64,000 nt of DNA. Source: the human T2T-CHM13v2.0 reference genome, Homo sapiens. The translations under genes were made by a program, and so were the position numbers. Below are positions 27,111 to 40,435 of this stretch, in pieces. Where the stretch lies: NCBI RefSeq assembly GCF_009914755.1, contig NC_060928.1, one strand, 5' to 3'. Every line of letters starts with the position of its first letter. Position 1 is the stretch's first letter. The notes beneath the pieces are model-generated. The model did no database searches and had not been told where the DNA came from. It saw nothing but the letters and a program-made list of their open reading frames with translations.

Positions 27111-27819
27111 TTTAGAAGGAGATAAATAACTAAATAAATTTTATAGAGTTGTAAAGGCTGCTGATTCTAGCATGTGGTAACTCCCGTCTAGTAAAAATGT
27201 TATAGCATTCTGAAAATCATAATTATTTGATACCCCTTTCCAAGATTAAAAAATAAGCCTGCTCTTTTTTAACATTTGAAAAATGTATACCTTTCCTTTT
27301 TACTCTTTGAGCTGATATTTGTTCCATGACATTCAAAGATTTTCATCCAAGTCTATACATAACACATTTTTATAATTATCATACCACAAATATGTATGAA
27401 CATTTTAAAATCTGTCTTCTCACATTCATAAGACATTAAGTACTTAAACATATTTTCTATGCTAACTTATAAATTCAATTAATATTTTTATATAATTAGT
27501 TATAACATATTCTAATTATTTATTTTTTGGTCTTATTACTAGCTTTTTCTAAGATTTTTGATGTGTTAAATACTTTTGTCTTTTTGAAAGGCTTTTCACC
27601 CTTGGCTTCCTTGGCCCTTCTCTTTGTTTGCATTCTTTCTATCACTTCTTTCTAAAGATCTTATTTGGCTCCTGATCCACTACTAAATTTGATTTGGTTC
27701 CTACTTACAAAGCTGATACTCTCAAGATTTCAAAACTCTTTTGGAGTTGTCTGTTATAATCATGGCATTGACTAAGTCACATCTTTCTCGGTTGATGCCT
27801 GTTTAAAATGTAATGTTGA

Positions 27820-28218
27820 GCCATCAGCCCCTTGACTCTTGTCTGGCCTTTTGACTTGCTTAAACCATTAAAACGTGGCAGTTGTGGCATTGCACATGGT
27901 CCTGAGCCTTGGCCTGAAGAGACATAGTGGCTTCTGCTTTTGCTTCTTGGGATTCCACCTTGAGTCCGAGTTCACCATATGAGGAAGCTAGTCTGGAAGA
28001 TGCAAGGCCACATGGAAAAGATGACCCAGTCCAAGCCCCCTGACCTATGATTGAGGCCATTTTATACTTCCCAGTTCTGCCAGGCTGGATAAAGCTACAG
28101 AGATGAGTCCAAGTAAACAAGGGAAATAACTTCCTAGACACTTCATAGAATTGGAAAATCTTTGCTGTGTTAAACTACTAAGTTTAAAGTGGTTGTGTAG
28201 TAACAGATGATTGATATA
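27820..28218 (+). mobile_element. Old MLT1 (G/H/J-like) LTR
   Basis: gacttgcttaaaccattaaaacgtggcag...ctgagccttggcctgaagagac...ttaaactactaagtttaaagtggttgtg. Confidence 0.65.
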
Positions 28219-28279
28219 TACTTACATTAGAAAACCTCCAGATCTCTATCTCTTTTTACCACGTTACTACTGAACAATT

Positions 28280-29060
28280 CCCTGATGTCCTAGAGATACT
28301 TCAATGTCAACATCTTCAAAACGGAATTCCTTATCGTTTAGCTTCTCTTTCCTATTCCATAAATCAATGCCTATTTCATCTGCAGTTTCTGCCATGTTTG
28401 AGAATGGCACATGTACATACCCAGTTATGAAAACAAGTGGTAAATAAGTTACCCAGGTTGTTTTATTCTCCCTTACTGTATCTTCTCGCCAAGTGTCTAT
28501 AGTCAGTGACCATACCTCAGTAACATATTTGTAATCACTATTCTTGCCTCCATTTTTGCTTTGACTTGGTTGCTGCTTTCCCCATATCTTCCTCATACTT
28601 TGCACTGTTCTTCTGATGGCCTGTCTTCATGTATCTAGGGAACCTTATAATCCTTCTTTTCTATTCCTGCAAATTTAACTTTTCTAAAATGCAAACTATA
28701 TGTCATAATTTTACTCAGTTGATTAGAAAACCAATTAAGTTTAACTTAATAACTCACCATTGTCTACAAAATTAAGTGTAACCTCTTCATCAAGACAAGG
28801 AAGACTCTCTCTGATGTATCCCAGACTAGCTCTCTGGCTTCCTCCCTCTACTGCTTATTATGTTGCAGCCGTGCTGAAATTACTAACATACTAACAAAAG
28901 CTTTCTCCTCTGTATATACTCAAGCTCCCCACTTTTCCAAGAGTGTTCCCTCCCTTCTTCACTGCCTTCTAAGATTCTCAAGATAATTGACATTTCTGGG
29001 TTGTTATCTTTTTTAAATCTCCATCATACCAAATATGGATATCCATTGTAGGAGCAATAG
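28280..29060 (+). mobile_element. L2 fragments
   Basis: tttctaaaatgcaaactatatgtcat, ctcaccattgtctacaaaattaag motifs; the L2 3' end continues at ~29610-29735 (gcctggcc...gttgttgaatgaataa). Confidence 0.6.
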
Positions 29061-29104
29061 CTATGTCTGATTTTTTATTTATGTACATGCCTATTTCCCT
29101 CTAT

Positions 29105-29410
29105 TGTAGTTAAGATTCCCTCAGAAGCAGGGCTCCCTAAAGGTAATGATTCAAATACAAGTAAGTAATTTTGTAGGTAAGCTAAGGATACTATTGTAGA
29201 GGAGTGGGAAAGTGAGAGAGTGAGAAAGTCAACAAAATGTGTAAAGCCAGATACTACTGTGGGCAACTAGAGTTTAGTCCTGCAGGAAAACTCTGAACAA
29301 TAGTAGAATATAAGCCTCAGGATTCTCTCTACTAGGGGATGAGGAAACTGTAGTATTTATTTACCCACTTCAGCCAATAGATGAGGGCTACTTCTAGATA
29401 GAACCGTGTG

Positions 29411-29441
<31 letters not shown>

Positions 29442-29606
29442 AAGTGTGTAATTATTCTTCTGGCCTCTCAGGAGGCAGACAAAGAGTAATCTTTTATGGC
29501 TTCTGAATTGGCCCTCAGGAAACGAGATGCAAATGGAAGCCAGCCCCATACATTCAAATGGTATGGTCACAGAGATAAGAGCATGGTATTAATAGAAAGC
29601 AGTACA
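29105..29606 (-). mobile_element. LTR16-like ERVL solo LTR containing a (TG)n run at ~29406-29449
   Basis: cagaagcagg...gattcaaatacaagtaag...ggagtgggaaagtgaga...tactactgtgggcaactagagtttagtcctgc matches the LTR16 reverse strand. Confidence 0.7.
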
Positions 29607-30014
29607 CCTCCTTGTAATATGTTATGAACTTCTTTCAGGCAGAGACAGTGCTGTAGTTTTCATTATATTTCCACTGCCAAACCCAGCGCCTGGCCATACA
29701 TTGGAACCATAAACACAGTTGTTGAATGAATAAGTTATAAAATGAAAAATCACTGATATCATAGTAGCTTAACACTAGCATTTACTGAGTATTTTCTATA
29801 GGCAAGGCACTGTTCTATGTTCTTTATTGGCATTAATTCATTGAACTGAAGTGGAGCAAGAATAAATGATTTATTTATGCTAGTGGAAATCTGAGAAAAA
29901 GACACATCAATGAGCCAATCCACTTGATCAGTAATAATTTGTAAAGCATAAGGATAAAAAATTCATCTAATACTCTACATTTCTAGGCAATTTCAATTAT
30001 TTACAATGAATACT

Positions 30015-30615
30015 ACAGCATAGCAGTTAAGACAGTAGGCTTCATACCAGACTGTCTTGGTTTAGTTGCTAGTTCCACAGCTTATAAGCCATGTGACCTT
30101 GGGCAAGTTATCTGAGTTCTCTGTGAAATTAGTATCATAATTGATATGGTTTGGCTGTGTCCCCACCCACATCTCATCTTGAATTGTACCTCCCATAATC
30201 ACCACATGTCATGGGAAGGAGCTGGTGGGAGGTAATTTAATCATAAGGGTGGGTTTTTTCCCATGCTGTTCTCATGATAATGAATAAGTCTCATGAGATC
30301 TGATGGTTTTACATAGGGCAGTTTCACTGCCCATGCCTTCTTGCCTGCCGCCATGTAGGACGTAACTTTGTTCCTGCTTTGCTTTCTGCCATAATTGTGA
30401 GGCCTCCCCAGCCATATGGAAGTGTGAGTGCATTAAATATCTTTTTATTTATAAATTACTCAGTCTTGAGTATGCCTTTATTAGCAGCGTGAGAATGAAA
30501 TAACACAGTAATAGTTTTTATATTTTAGGTTTATGAGGGTCATTTATATTAGTAAATTCAAAGAACATGGAACAATGCCTGGTACATCATGAGCACTCAA
30601 TAAATATGATTACTA
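30015..30615 (+). mobile_element. MIR split by a THE1 LTR
   Basis: cagcatagcagttaagac...ccatgtgaccttgggcaagtta; resumes as aacaatgcctggtacatcatgagcactcaataaat. Confidence 0.75.
30142..30507 (+). mobile_element. THE1-family MaLR solo LTR
   Basis: tgatatggtttggctgtgtccccaccc...ttagcagcgtgagaatgaaataacaca; near-TSD ataat/gtaat. Confidence 0.92.
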
Positions 30616-30819
30616 TCAGTCTTTCTTAGAGGAGAATTAATTCATTTACAAAGACTCGAAGATTGTAGAACTGTATATCCAATAATAAGCAAGAACTGTG
30701 TTTGAAATGTGTGTTTCATTTGTAAAATTTCTCTGATAGAATTCATTCATTACTTATAATGGACTGCAATTGATTGTAAAGTAGGATATACAATGTTTAT
30801 TCTATGACACTAAATACGT

Positions 30820-31830
30820 ACGTCCTCTTGGACATCTTGAAATTATTCTTGACCCCTCCATTTCTCTAACACCCAACCTGTCAGGAAATCCCTTGGTTCT
30901 AATTCTATTGCTACTTGCTGGGAAAAAGCCACCACCATCTCTTCAATTAGTAAAATATTCTTCTACTCCTGTCTCCTATAGTCTGTCCTTAACACAGTGT
31001 GATCTTTTAAAGTGTAAGTCATATCATGGAAAACCTCTGCTCAAAGCATTTCAAAGACTTCCTATCTCCTTCAGTGTAAAATATTTTAAAAATTCAAGCT
31101 CATAGAAATAAAGAGTGGAATGGTGATTGCCAGAGGCTGGTGGCAGAAGATGGAGGTGAACGGGGATAAAAGGAGATGTCACTCAAAGGGTAACATGTTT
31201 CAGTTGGGCAAGAGGCATAAATTGTCATGCTATCTTACACAGCATGGTGACTACAGTTAATAATAATGTATTGTAAATTTCAAAATTGCTAAAAGAGTAG
31301 ATTTTAAATGTTCCCAACACAGAGAAATGATAAATGTGTGGTGACATGTTAATTAGATTGATTTAATCATTCCACAATTTATACATATATCACATTACAT
31401 TATACTCCATAAATACATATAATTATTATTTGACAAACAAAAATTAAATTAAAAAAAGATAAAGAATGTGTAACCCAACCAGGCTTATCCTCTGAAATCT
31501 CTTCCTACCAGTCTCTCAGCAATACATTAGCCAGACTGGCCTGTTTGCTATTATTCCAACACATCCCTATACTATAGGACCTTTGAATTTTTCCTCCAGA
31601 TATCCCGAGGGCTAATTTTCTCACATCTTTGAGATCTTTATTCAAATGTCCCTTCTCAGTGAGGCAATTACCCTATTTAAAATTATAAGCTACACCCTCC
31701 CCATTCTCTTTCACCTTGCCCCACTCTTCATATATTATGGAAGGGTAGGGCTCTCTGTTTTCTTTACTGAAGTTTGTCAGCTTTGCCTGGAAAAGTACCT
31801 GAAACACATCTTCTAAGACTCAACAAACAT
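30820..31830 (+). mobile_element. L2 split by an L1MA 3' end
   Basis: gtgatcttttaaagtgtaagtcatatcat...ctctgctcaaagcatttcaa; resumes as tcaaatgtcccttctcagtgaggc. Confidence 0.65.
31088..31457 (+). mobile_element. L1MA (8/9-like) 3' end
   Basis: ctcatagaaataaagagtggaatggtgattgccagaggctgg...aaaattgctaaaagagtagattttaaatgttc...A-rich tail. Confidence 0.85.
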
Positions 31831-31849
31831 TTAGGAAACAAAGTATATA

Positions 31850-31898
31850 CGTGTGTGTGTGTGCGTGTGTGTGTGTGTGCGCATGTGGGTGTGGGTGC
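31850..31898. repeat. Imperfect (TG)n
   Basis: Direct observation. Confidence 0.9.
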
Positions 31899-34088
31899 AT
31901 GCATAATCTAAGGTCTTACTGAAGCTCATAACTGAAGTGAACTTTATAATGGAAAGAAACTTAGGAGAGACTTTTGAGAACATGTTGACCTTGGTACCTG
32001 GCAATCCTTTGAACTGCCCACTTGACACGATGCTTTCCCAGAATAGCACTGAAGAATAACAAGATTGAGAAGGTTTCAGTCAGGCAAGTGGAACAATTGG
32101 GGGCTTACTGAAAATTATAATATATACAAAGGTAGAGTGAAAGCTGCTAATGAAACCCTGGGTGAGAGCATCCAGTACACCCACTGTGCTTTGCTCCATT
32201 TGGATTGAAGAGGGATGTTTTGAACTTAATGAGATGGTCCTCATTTCATAGGAGAAGGGTTGTAGTGGTTTTGGAGAGGCAGATTTTTTTGTAGACAGAA
32301 AGTGAAACATACATTTGTCCTATTGGTGCCTTTAAAATACACTCTTGCTGGTCATTGTACATGGCCCATGCTCTGGGTGGGGAGGGATTTATGGAGTACT
32401 CTGTATGGATGTGAGGGGCACAACCTTAGCTGCAATATACTGAGTAAACAAAGAAAGGACTCCTGATACTTCAATAGGGAATTATTTTGCAATCAAACTG
32501 GCTGAGAAGTTTAGGCGGTCACTGATATTTATATTTTATATTCTAATTGCAGTATAAAGTAAATAATTTTTATAAGTCTGTAAAGTTTCATTATTTTCCA
32601 ATCAGTTTTTCCATTAACAATTATTCAGAGCATCATCACAACATAACTTTTCCTATTACCTACCTACTGGGCCTGAATAAATAAGATATTGGAAAGAACT
32701 GAGTTTGAGTGAAATTCCTGGGTTTACATTATGATTCTGCCAGTTACCAACAGTACAACCTGGGAGAAAGAAAGTTTTTTATAGACTCAATTGTCTCCAT
32801 GAGCAAAACAAGGATAATATTAACCAAATAAGATTATTGTAAGGATCAAATCAGGACTTATGTGAAAACTTCAATATCTTATGGCAGCTCAGTAGCTAAT
32901 TTTCTTTCTTAAAATTGTAAATGCTACTTTAAAGAATAGAATAAGGGAGATTATCTTTATTCTTCTCTATGTCATAACTTTTTATATGTTGTTTCTGTCC
33001 AAATGTCCAAATACAGTGAATATTGAAGTTATTGGTTTTCTTACATCATTTACTAAGTTATTGAGACTTTACTATGTTTTAGGCTCTACTCTAGATTTGG
33101 AATACACAGCTGCCTTTTTAACGTTCTGATTGTGCATATTGCCTCATTAGTTTTTGGTTTTTTGTTTTTGTTTTTAAAAATTTCATGGAAAGGAAAAAAA
33201 ATGAGGTTCTGTCACGCATGGTCTTGACCAGAGGGAGTATGCCACACAGGTAGAAGATGATTTTGAGATGTTTCCTGACAATCAGGAAGATAACTTTAGG
33301 TTCCTCCAGTGTCCATTTTTAATCTCCAGAACTTGGTAAGGAAATTAACAGATGGTAATTAAGACAGACGGTATCAGCTTCTGGATATTTTTTTCTAAAG
33401 GGAAAAAAATAAAATTAGATGATGCACAAGTTTACATGAAGAATGCTAAAAAGAATAGAGTATCACCTTCGAAGCAGAATAAGTTAAAAAGCAAAATAAG
33501 TTATTCTCAAAATGTATCATTATTCTCAAATAAGACGTGATTTGACCATGCTCCCCAGAGAATGAAGTGCCAATCTTCTAGTAGCAGGATGTACTATTGA
33601 CTTCCCGGATTTGGTGATAACTTTATGAAAGGAAATCTTTGTTCACCAAGAGTCTATCACCAATCCACATGTGCTATTGTTTCCAAACAAAAGGCAATGT
33701 TCATTATGTGTGAAGGTCTAGCCAGCCCTATAGAGTTTGACAAAATGACTTTGGCATTCCCTCATGGAACTTTGTTATGGATAAGAAATTGGCTAAAATA
33801 TATGAAAAATTGCTATCCTGTGAAAGAAGTAAAGAATAAGTGTCACAAAGAAGCAATAGTTGGTGCAGAATTGCAGTTTTTGACATATTAAAAATATTAA
33901 CCTACCTAATATAAAACCCAGTCTGTGATTCTCCCTTCTCCACTTAGTCTTCTGATTTCCCTGTGTGTCCCTCAGGTTTCTATAGCACTGGGAGGCAGAA
34001 GAACCATTTGTTAATCACCTGTCAGCTGCTTCTCGTATGCTCTAAAGTCCCTCTCACAAGGCACAGCAGAATTGAACAGCCAGAAATA

Positions 34089-34631
34089 CAGTAGTTCCCC
34101 CTCATCTGCATTTCACTATCCACCGTTTCACTTACTTGTGTTCACCCACAATCCAAAATATTAAATGGAAAATTCCAGAAGCAAACCAATCCTGAGTTTT
34201 AAATTGCACTACATTCAGAGTAGCGCGATGAAATCCTGAGCTGTCCTGTTCCGTCTAGCCTGAGATGTGAATCATCCTTTTTGTCCAGGGTATTCATGCT
34301 GTCTGTGCTACCTGCCCTAGCCACTTAGCAGCTGTCTTGGTTATCAGATCAGCTGTCTCTGTATCACAGTGCTTGTATTCAGATCACTGTTATTTGACTT
34401 AATAATGGTCCCAAAGTGCAAGAGTAGTGATGCTGGCTTTGTAAAGTGCTTCAAATGAAAAGGTGAAGGTTCTTGGCTCATAAGGAGGAAAAAACATTCA
34501 TATGTCAAGGTTGCTAAGATCTACTGTAAGAATGACTCTTCTATTTATGAGACCATGAAGAAGAAAAAATAAATTAGTGCCAGTTTTGCAGTCACATCTT
34601 AAACTGCCCCCCAGATAAAAGGCGACTACTG
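34089..34631 (+). mobile_element. MER44 (B-like) / Tigger7-family TcMar DNA transposon
   Basis: TIRs cagtagttcccc...gcgactactg flanked by TA; aaaatattaaatggaaaattccagaa and gtgaatcatcc motifs. Confidence 0.88.
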
Positions 34632-37525
34632 TATATGGCTGAGACCCACTGCTTTAATTAGGCATGATTGTGCATAATTATAGTAGACAAATACAGTGCA
34701 AATTAAAGAATTTTTCCTAATAAAAAGACTGCCTTTTGTTGTGTAGCTATTTATAGGAAACACCTCAGCAATTACCTTGCTGTTTTCATTATTCATGATA
34801 ACATGTGCTGTTGGTTCTTAAACTTGAGTAAGAAGAGTGCTGTCATTTCCTTTCAAACAGTTTGTTGAGAAGACTGGTTTTTGTTTCTGGCTCACTAGAG
34901 TACAGTATTTAATATTTAAATGCACTGTAAATGGGTACTTTCTGTGCACCAGTTACAGGTGATGACTTATAAAATGGGAGGGATTTTCACATTTACAAAT
35001 GAATCACCTGTTTTAATAAAACCAGGAAAGCACAGTTTCCCATTCTTATCTCTGGTTCATCTTTCTGCCGCAATTGATTTTTATTGCTTAGTAAATTTGC
35101 CCTCTTGAAAGATAATAGGTTCAGTCTATACTATAATCAAGGTCAATTTTCCATTTTTAGTAATAGGAAAGTGAATGATTGAATTGTTTAGTCATGATTT
35201 TTGGAATCCTGAAAGACAAAGAAAACCAAAAATTAATTCAGTTTGAAATTTTAAAACAGGCTTTGGAATCATGATTGTTTTACCTTGTCTTATATTTCAG
35301 AATTACTTTCAGTTGTAACTTCTTCCTGTTATTTTATAGGTCAGCCCCAGGGAAGTTAATTAATTTGATTTGAGACCCAAAATTAGTTAGAATAAGAGGA
35401 TAAACTTGATTCTTATTCCGTAAGTGTTTCTACGCTAAACAGTCTTTTTCAATTCAGGCTCAAATAGGAATGCTATGATAATAACAACTTAACACTTTCT
35501 CTTAGTAATTTTATTCTGATATCTGTTTTGGTGAATTACACCACTGTTAATGCTAACTATGAATGAGAGAGGACCTATAATGTGAAATCACTTAAGAATT
35601 TATAGCTTGAGCGGCCAAAATTTATTCCATGGCCTGCAATTGATAGAAGAAACATTTTTTTTAGAGGCTCAATGTCCAGACTAGTTGGGAAGTAGAAAAT
35701 TCCAAAAAGGTGCCGATTGCAGCTTAACATAAGCAATCATTGATTTCTTCAAAAGCAGGAGTATTGAAAATAAACAGTTTTGCCTTATTATTTGTAGTTA
35801 TGCTATTCGAAGTCAGTCCATTTAACTTATTTTTTTATTGTTCATGAAATACTATCTTTTTAAAAACTCTCTTTTTATTAGGAAATAGATTTATTTAGCT
35901 TTCAACTTAAGCTTTTTTATTTTTAAAATGTTTTATAAATGAAATCATGCTCACACTTAGTTTTCCAAATGTACTATCTTCTCTGCAAGAGCAGACAGAA
36001 CCTTTGAGCATGCATGCCTTCCCATCCTCCCAGTCTTCAGTCATGAACATGTTCATCCTTTCCTCAAAGAAGCCTTCCAAGCTCCCTTCGATCATTTAAA
36101 TTTACATTTTACTCTCTTATCACACCAAGAATTTCCATAGTAAAAGTTTTCCTTTTACAAGTACAATATTTGTGTTATTATTTGATTAACATCAGTCTTT
36201 GTCACAAAAATGGAATTCACTAAGGATAGGAAATGTTGATTTTTACCAACTGTTTTATCCTTAACATTTTAGGATAAATCAAGGAGGATTCAAAAGAGGC
36301 ACTGAATGAATATCGGATGAATGAATGAATTATTTAAAATGCCACTGAAAACAGAAACATTTATAGGAAAAACAATGCTTTCTCCAAATTGTTTGTCTTT
36401 AGCAGGGTTAAAAATCCACTGAATTATATTGATATGAACAAAGCAAAATATACTTCACTTTTTATTTTTAATAAATATTTTTATATTCTTTAAGAATCTC
36501 TCCCCTCACTGATCTGTCCCTTGACAGAGAGAGGTGAGTGGCTCAATTTAATTTTTTCTTGTAAATTCATCCCAATTCAATAATGTAAACAATTGTAACT
36601 ATCTGAGTCTCTGTAGATTTTAGCTCTTCCCCATATCCTCTTTAAGTTGATGTCCAAGTGTTTAAGTCAATATGATTGTGAAAGAGAATATATGAAAATT
36701 TGTGAAGAAATTGTTAATAAAACAACTACTTCTAAAAGTAATTTCAATACAGATTATACTCCAAACTCCTAAAGGGTGAATTCCAAGTCCTGTTTTTTTC
36801 ACTTTTTTCCTTTTATTCAACACAATAACTAGCACATAGTAGTTGCTCAATAAAATTTGGTTAAATGAATTAGAAATACATTATATTAATTAAATTAAAG
36901 GGGAAACATGAACATTTAAAAGTTTCTGCTGAAAATTATGTGTCTAACCATTATTCACAATGTCTTTTCAGTGCATGACTTTGCTTCAGTTTAAAAAATA
37001 GATCTGAAAATCTGATAGCTTCAGTAGATATGAGGCCTAGCAAACATGCCAGATGAATAAAAGAAAACCCAGGTAGTGTGATCAAATTGCAAATCTGATT
37101 GTGTTATATAAGAAAAGGGGCTTTTTGATCAAATAAACTGTAAGGATAGAAGTAGAAATAGAGATAAAGATGTTGGAATCCAAAACAGTCTTTCAGTCTG
37201 ATATCAGAAAAAGTAAAGCAGTAAAGTGAGGTTCTGTTTTCTCTTTTAAGATACAGTAAGATCTGCTGAGAGAGGAAAGCCCAAAATTTAGTTGGAGAAG
37301 TGGGATTAAGTATGAATAATTAATAGCCAAACCAGTAAAAGAGGAATATCCATTAGACCTGAGCAGAAACATGCGGGCTGGACTCATTGTAGCCAACAGG
37401 AAGATACCCAACCAGGCTGGAAGGGCAAGATACCTGGCAATCCTGAGGACAGGTGTTTGGTGACAGTCCAGGTTGCCTTTTCAGTGCAGATAAACAGATG
37501 GTCTCTGCTCTCAATAGGCAAAGAG

Positions 37526-37699
37526 CAGTGGTTCTCAAGCTTTAGTGTGCAACACCCAGAAAGCTCATTTTAAATGCAGATTCATAGGACTCCTCCTTAG
37601 AGGTTCTAATTCCTTAGGTTTAGGTTATGCCTCAGAATCTATGTTTTTATCTAGCACCCATGGAAATTCTGATGCCCTATTACTTTTTCAAAAACACTG
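37526..37699. mobile_element. MER5-family MITE
   Basis: cagtggttctcaa...aaatgcagattc...attctgatg...aaacactg. Confidence 0.8.
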
Positions 37700-38879
37700 A
37701 AGTACGAAGAAACATTAGTCTTTTTTCAAGTAAATTGAACTTTTGCTTATGAATGATTACCTAAAATGTACATAATGACATAAATAGAACTCTTGAATTA
37801 TAGATATTTTAGGTCCTTCTACACTTAGGACACATTTAAGATACATAGGTTAAGATATTTACCTGAATTTCAATTTTGAACGATTTTTCTATAGCAAACA
37901 AAAAAGCAGTTTATCCCTCATTTAAACTTTGAACAATCTAAGAAGTCTAAGTTTTCTTTTTGTCAGAAACTCATTATGGTCAGTTTAACATAAGCTTTCT
38001 GAACATAACAAGGAAGACCTTGCTAGCGCAATGGCCTATGGATGCATAGTTCCATGGGGAATTTCTTGAATGGAATTCAATTTTCCTTAGACTGGAACTA
38101 CTTGCCACACTAAAATCCTGCATTAGAGGCTAGGAAATTTTCTTTCTGTTTCTGCATCTCTGAAATATTTCACTAGAAAGCCTAGATTAAGCACAATTTT
38201 GTCTTTTGTATTCTCCGTCATTATGTAGTGGACTTTTGGTAAACATTCTGAAGAAAGGCATGCATTTGACATACAGCGACATCTAATTTCACTTATGATA
38301 ATTTTGACTTCTTACAGATTGTTGTTAAAGCTGGAGATCATCTTAAAGTAATTTAATCAAATCTTACTTTACAATGGAAACAATTTAGGTAGAGAGACAT
38401 GCCTAACATAATTCTGTCTAAATCAGGACTCCTGATTTATACATATAAGGTTTTATTTTGCATTTAACTGTTCTATCTCCAAAATTATAGTATTTATTCT
38501 TATATTATTTAATAGGTTTACTTTTTTCATAATTTGGAAAACATCAGTCTTTTGGGTCTATTTTATGGTAATGTACTATTTGTCGGAGTGTCAAAATGAC
38601 TTAATTGCTAACTGTGCTCAGCAAAGTGTTTAGAAGAGAATTCTCGAGTGTTGTCAACGTCAACGTGCAATACATTTGTTCACACGAGCAAAATGTTGGT
38701 GACAAGTTTTGAAAATGTTGGATCTTTTAAATTTAAATTTCTAAAGAAGTTTTAAATTTTTAAGCTTAAAGAAAAATATTACATAGAACAATATTGTATT
38801 ATTTAAGAATACAGTAGTTTATATTTACATATATTAACAGATGAATAACAACTATAAACCTCATAGGCAGTGTTATCAA

Positions 38880-39770
38880 TTAGTGATGTCTTTGGCTCTG
38901 AGTAATAAACAAACAAAATATGACCCTAGAGTTGTTTGAATAAATACAGATTTTATTTCATTCTAGTACAGGAAATCTGGGAATAGCAATCTAGAGTTAA
39001 TTGAGGGCCTTACTGAAATCAGCAAGGTGCCGGACTTTTTCTTAAGCCTTCAGTGTAGTATTGAGCATCTTTGGGGAACTGCTGGAAAGGCATGATTATG
39101 TTTTGAAATATGAGAAGGACATGGAATTTGGGAGGGGCCAAGGGCAGAATAATATGATTTGGCTCTGTGTTCCCACCCAAATCACATGACGAATTGTAAT
39201 CCCCTAGTGTTGAAGGTGGGGCCTGGTGGGAGGTGATTGGATCATGAAGGCAGATTTCCCCCTTATTGTTCTAGTGATAGTGAATGGAAATGCAAAAGGC
39301 CATCGGACCTGTGGGGCAAGGGGCTTGGGGCCCTAAATAGCTTGGGGCTACCCTTTACCAAGAGGGAGTACCTTATTTCTAATTCCACAGGTGTCAAATG
39401 GGTTAGCAGTGGTCCTCTTTTTCTGTCTTCTTGTTTCACCAGCATAGTAGATGGCTCTTGCCATTATTGTAATTAGATATGGCTGTTGCACATCTAAGCC
39501 TGTGCACATGGGTCCTAGGCAGGAAGAAGAAAGAAGAGTTACAAAGGCTTTTTTCCCAAAGAAGCTTTACTTGGAAAATGAAGCCATTTGACAGAAACTA
39601 TTGCCAATATCTTACTGTTCATAAGTATGCCATGTGTCATCTATAGAAGAAAGGGAGCAAGGGGTAGGCAGAAGTATTTTTAGCTAGTACATTATGATGC
39701 TGAGAAAACAATCAAGAGAAGGAAGGGAGAATGGGTAACAGATAGGCAGCTAGAAGAAGCTGCCAAGGGA
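38880..39770 (-). mobile_element. Old MLT1 (J/K-like) LTR interrupted by a composite insertion
   Basis: caggaaatctgggaatagcaatctagag; agatatggctgttgcacatctaagc...aggcaggaagaag; boundaries approximate. Confidence 0.5.
39069..39286 (+). mobile_element. MST internal/LTR junction fragment, an inverted copy of 40680-40897
   Basis: Manual alignment to the reverse complement of 40680-40897 gives 10 mismatches in ~218 nt and no indels. Confidence 0.9.
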
Positions 39771-40435
39771 ATAATTAGATGAAGAAGTAGACCAAATCAG
39801 CATAAGCTTTGGGCCAAGGTTAATAGCACTGCAGATTTTCAGCACAAAGATCAAATCTCAGCAGCAAGATTCTGGTAAAATAAAAGTCTCTCCTTTCATC
39901 CATTGCTCCTTCCAATATGGCACAAAGCTTCCCAGACTCAGAATTTGGCTGCCTGCCATATGACTAATATGTGAACCAATTCACTTATCTTCACTTTTAT
40001 ACTATTTCAGTTCCAGTATCAATATGACTTCAGCCTTCTCCATCTTCACAACAGACAAAGAAAAAAGAGTTTGGAAAGTATAATTAAATATTTATAACTT
40101 ACACTGGTATTTTCTCAGAACAAAAGATTAGTTTTAGTTTGAGAAATGAAAATATTTATTCATTGATTAGAACTTTATGAATCAAATTAGAAATGAACGT
40201 CTATCTTCAAAATTCCTAGAGTTTTCTTTGAAAGAGTAGCTTTGTTTTTTTTTTAAGTTGTTAAATTTGCTTTTCTGACTTTTGAATTCTCTAATTGCTA
40301 GACTGAGAATATGTCATAAATATGTACATTTGTGACATTTTAATAAAATCCTGCTCAGTAAAGTTACAAAACCTAGATTGATTAAATTAGCACATGTAGA
40401 TCAAAATAAAAATGAGCTCTTCTTTTTATAACCAC

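Noticed and set aside
2272-31898. ORFs with CVCVCV, YIYIY or HTHTH runs
   Set aside because: Translations of dinucleotide microsatellites.
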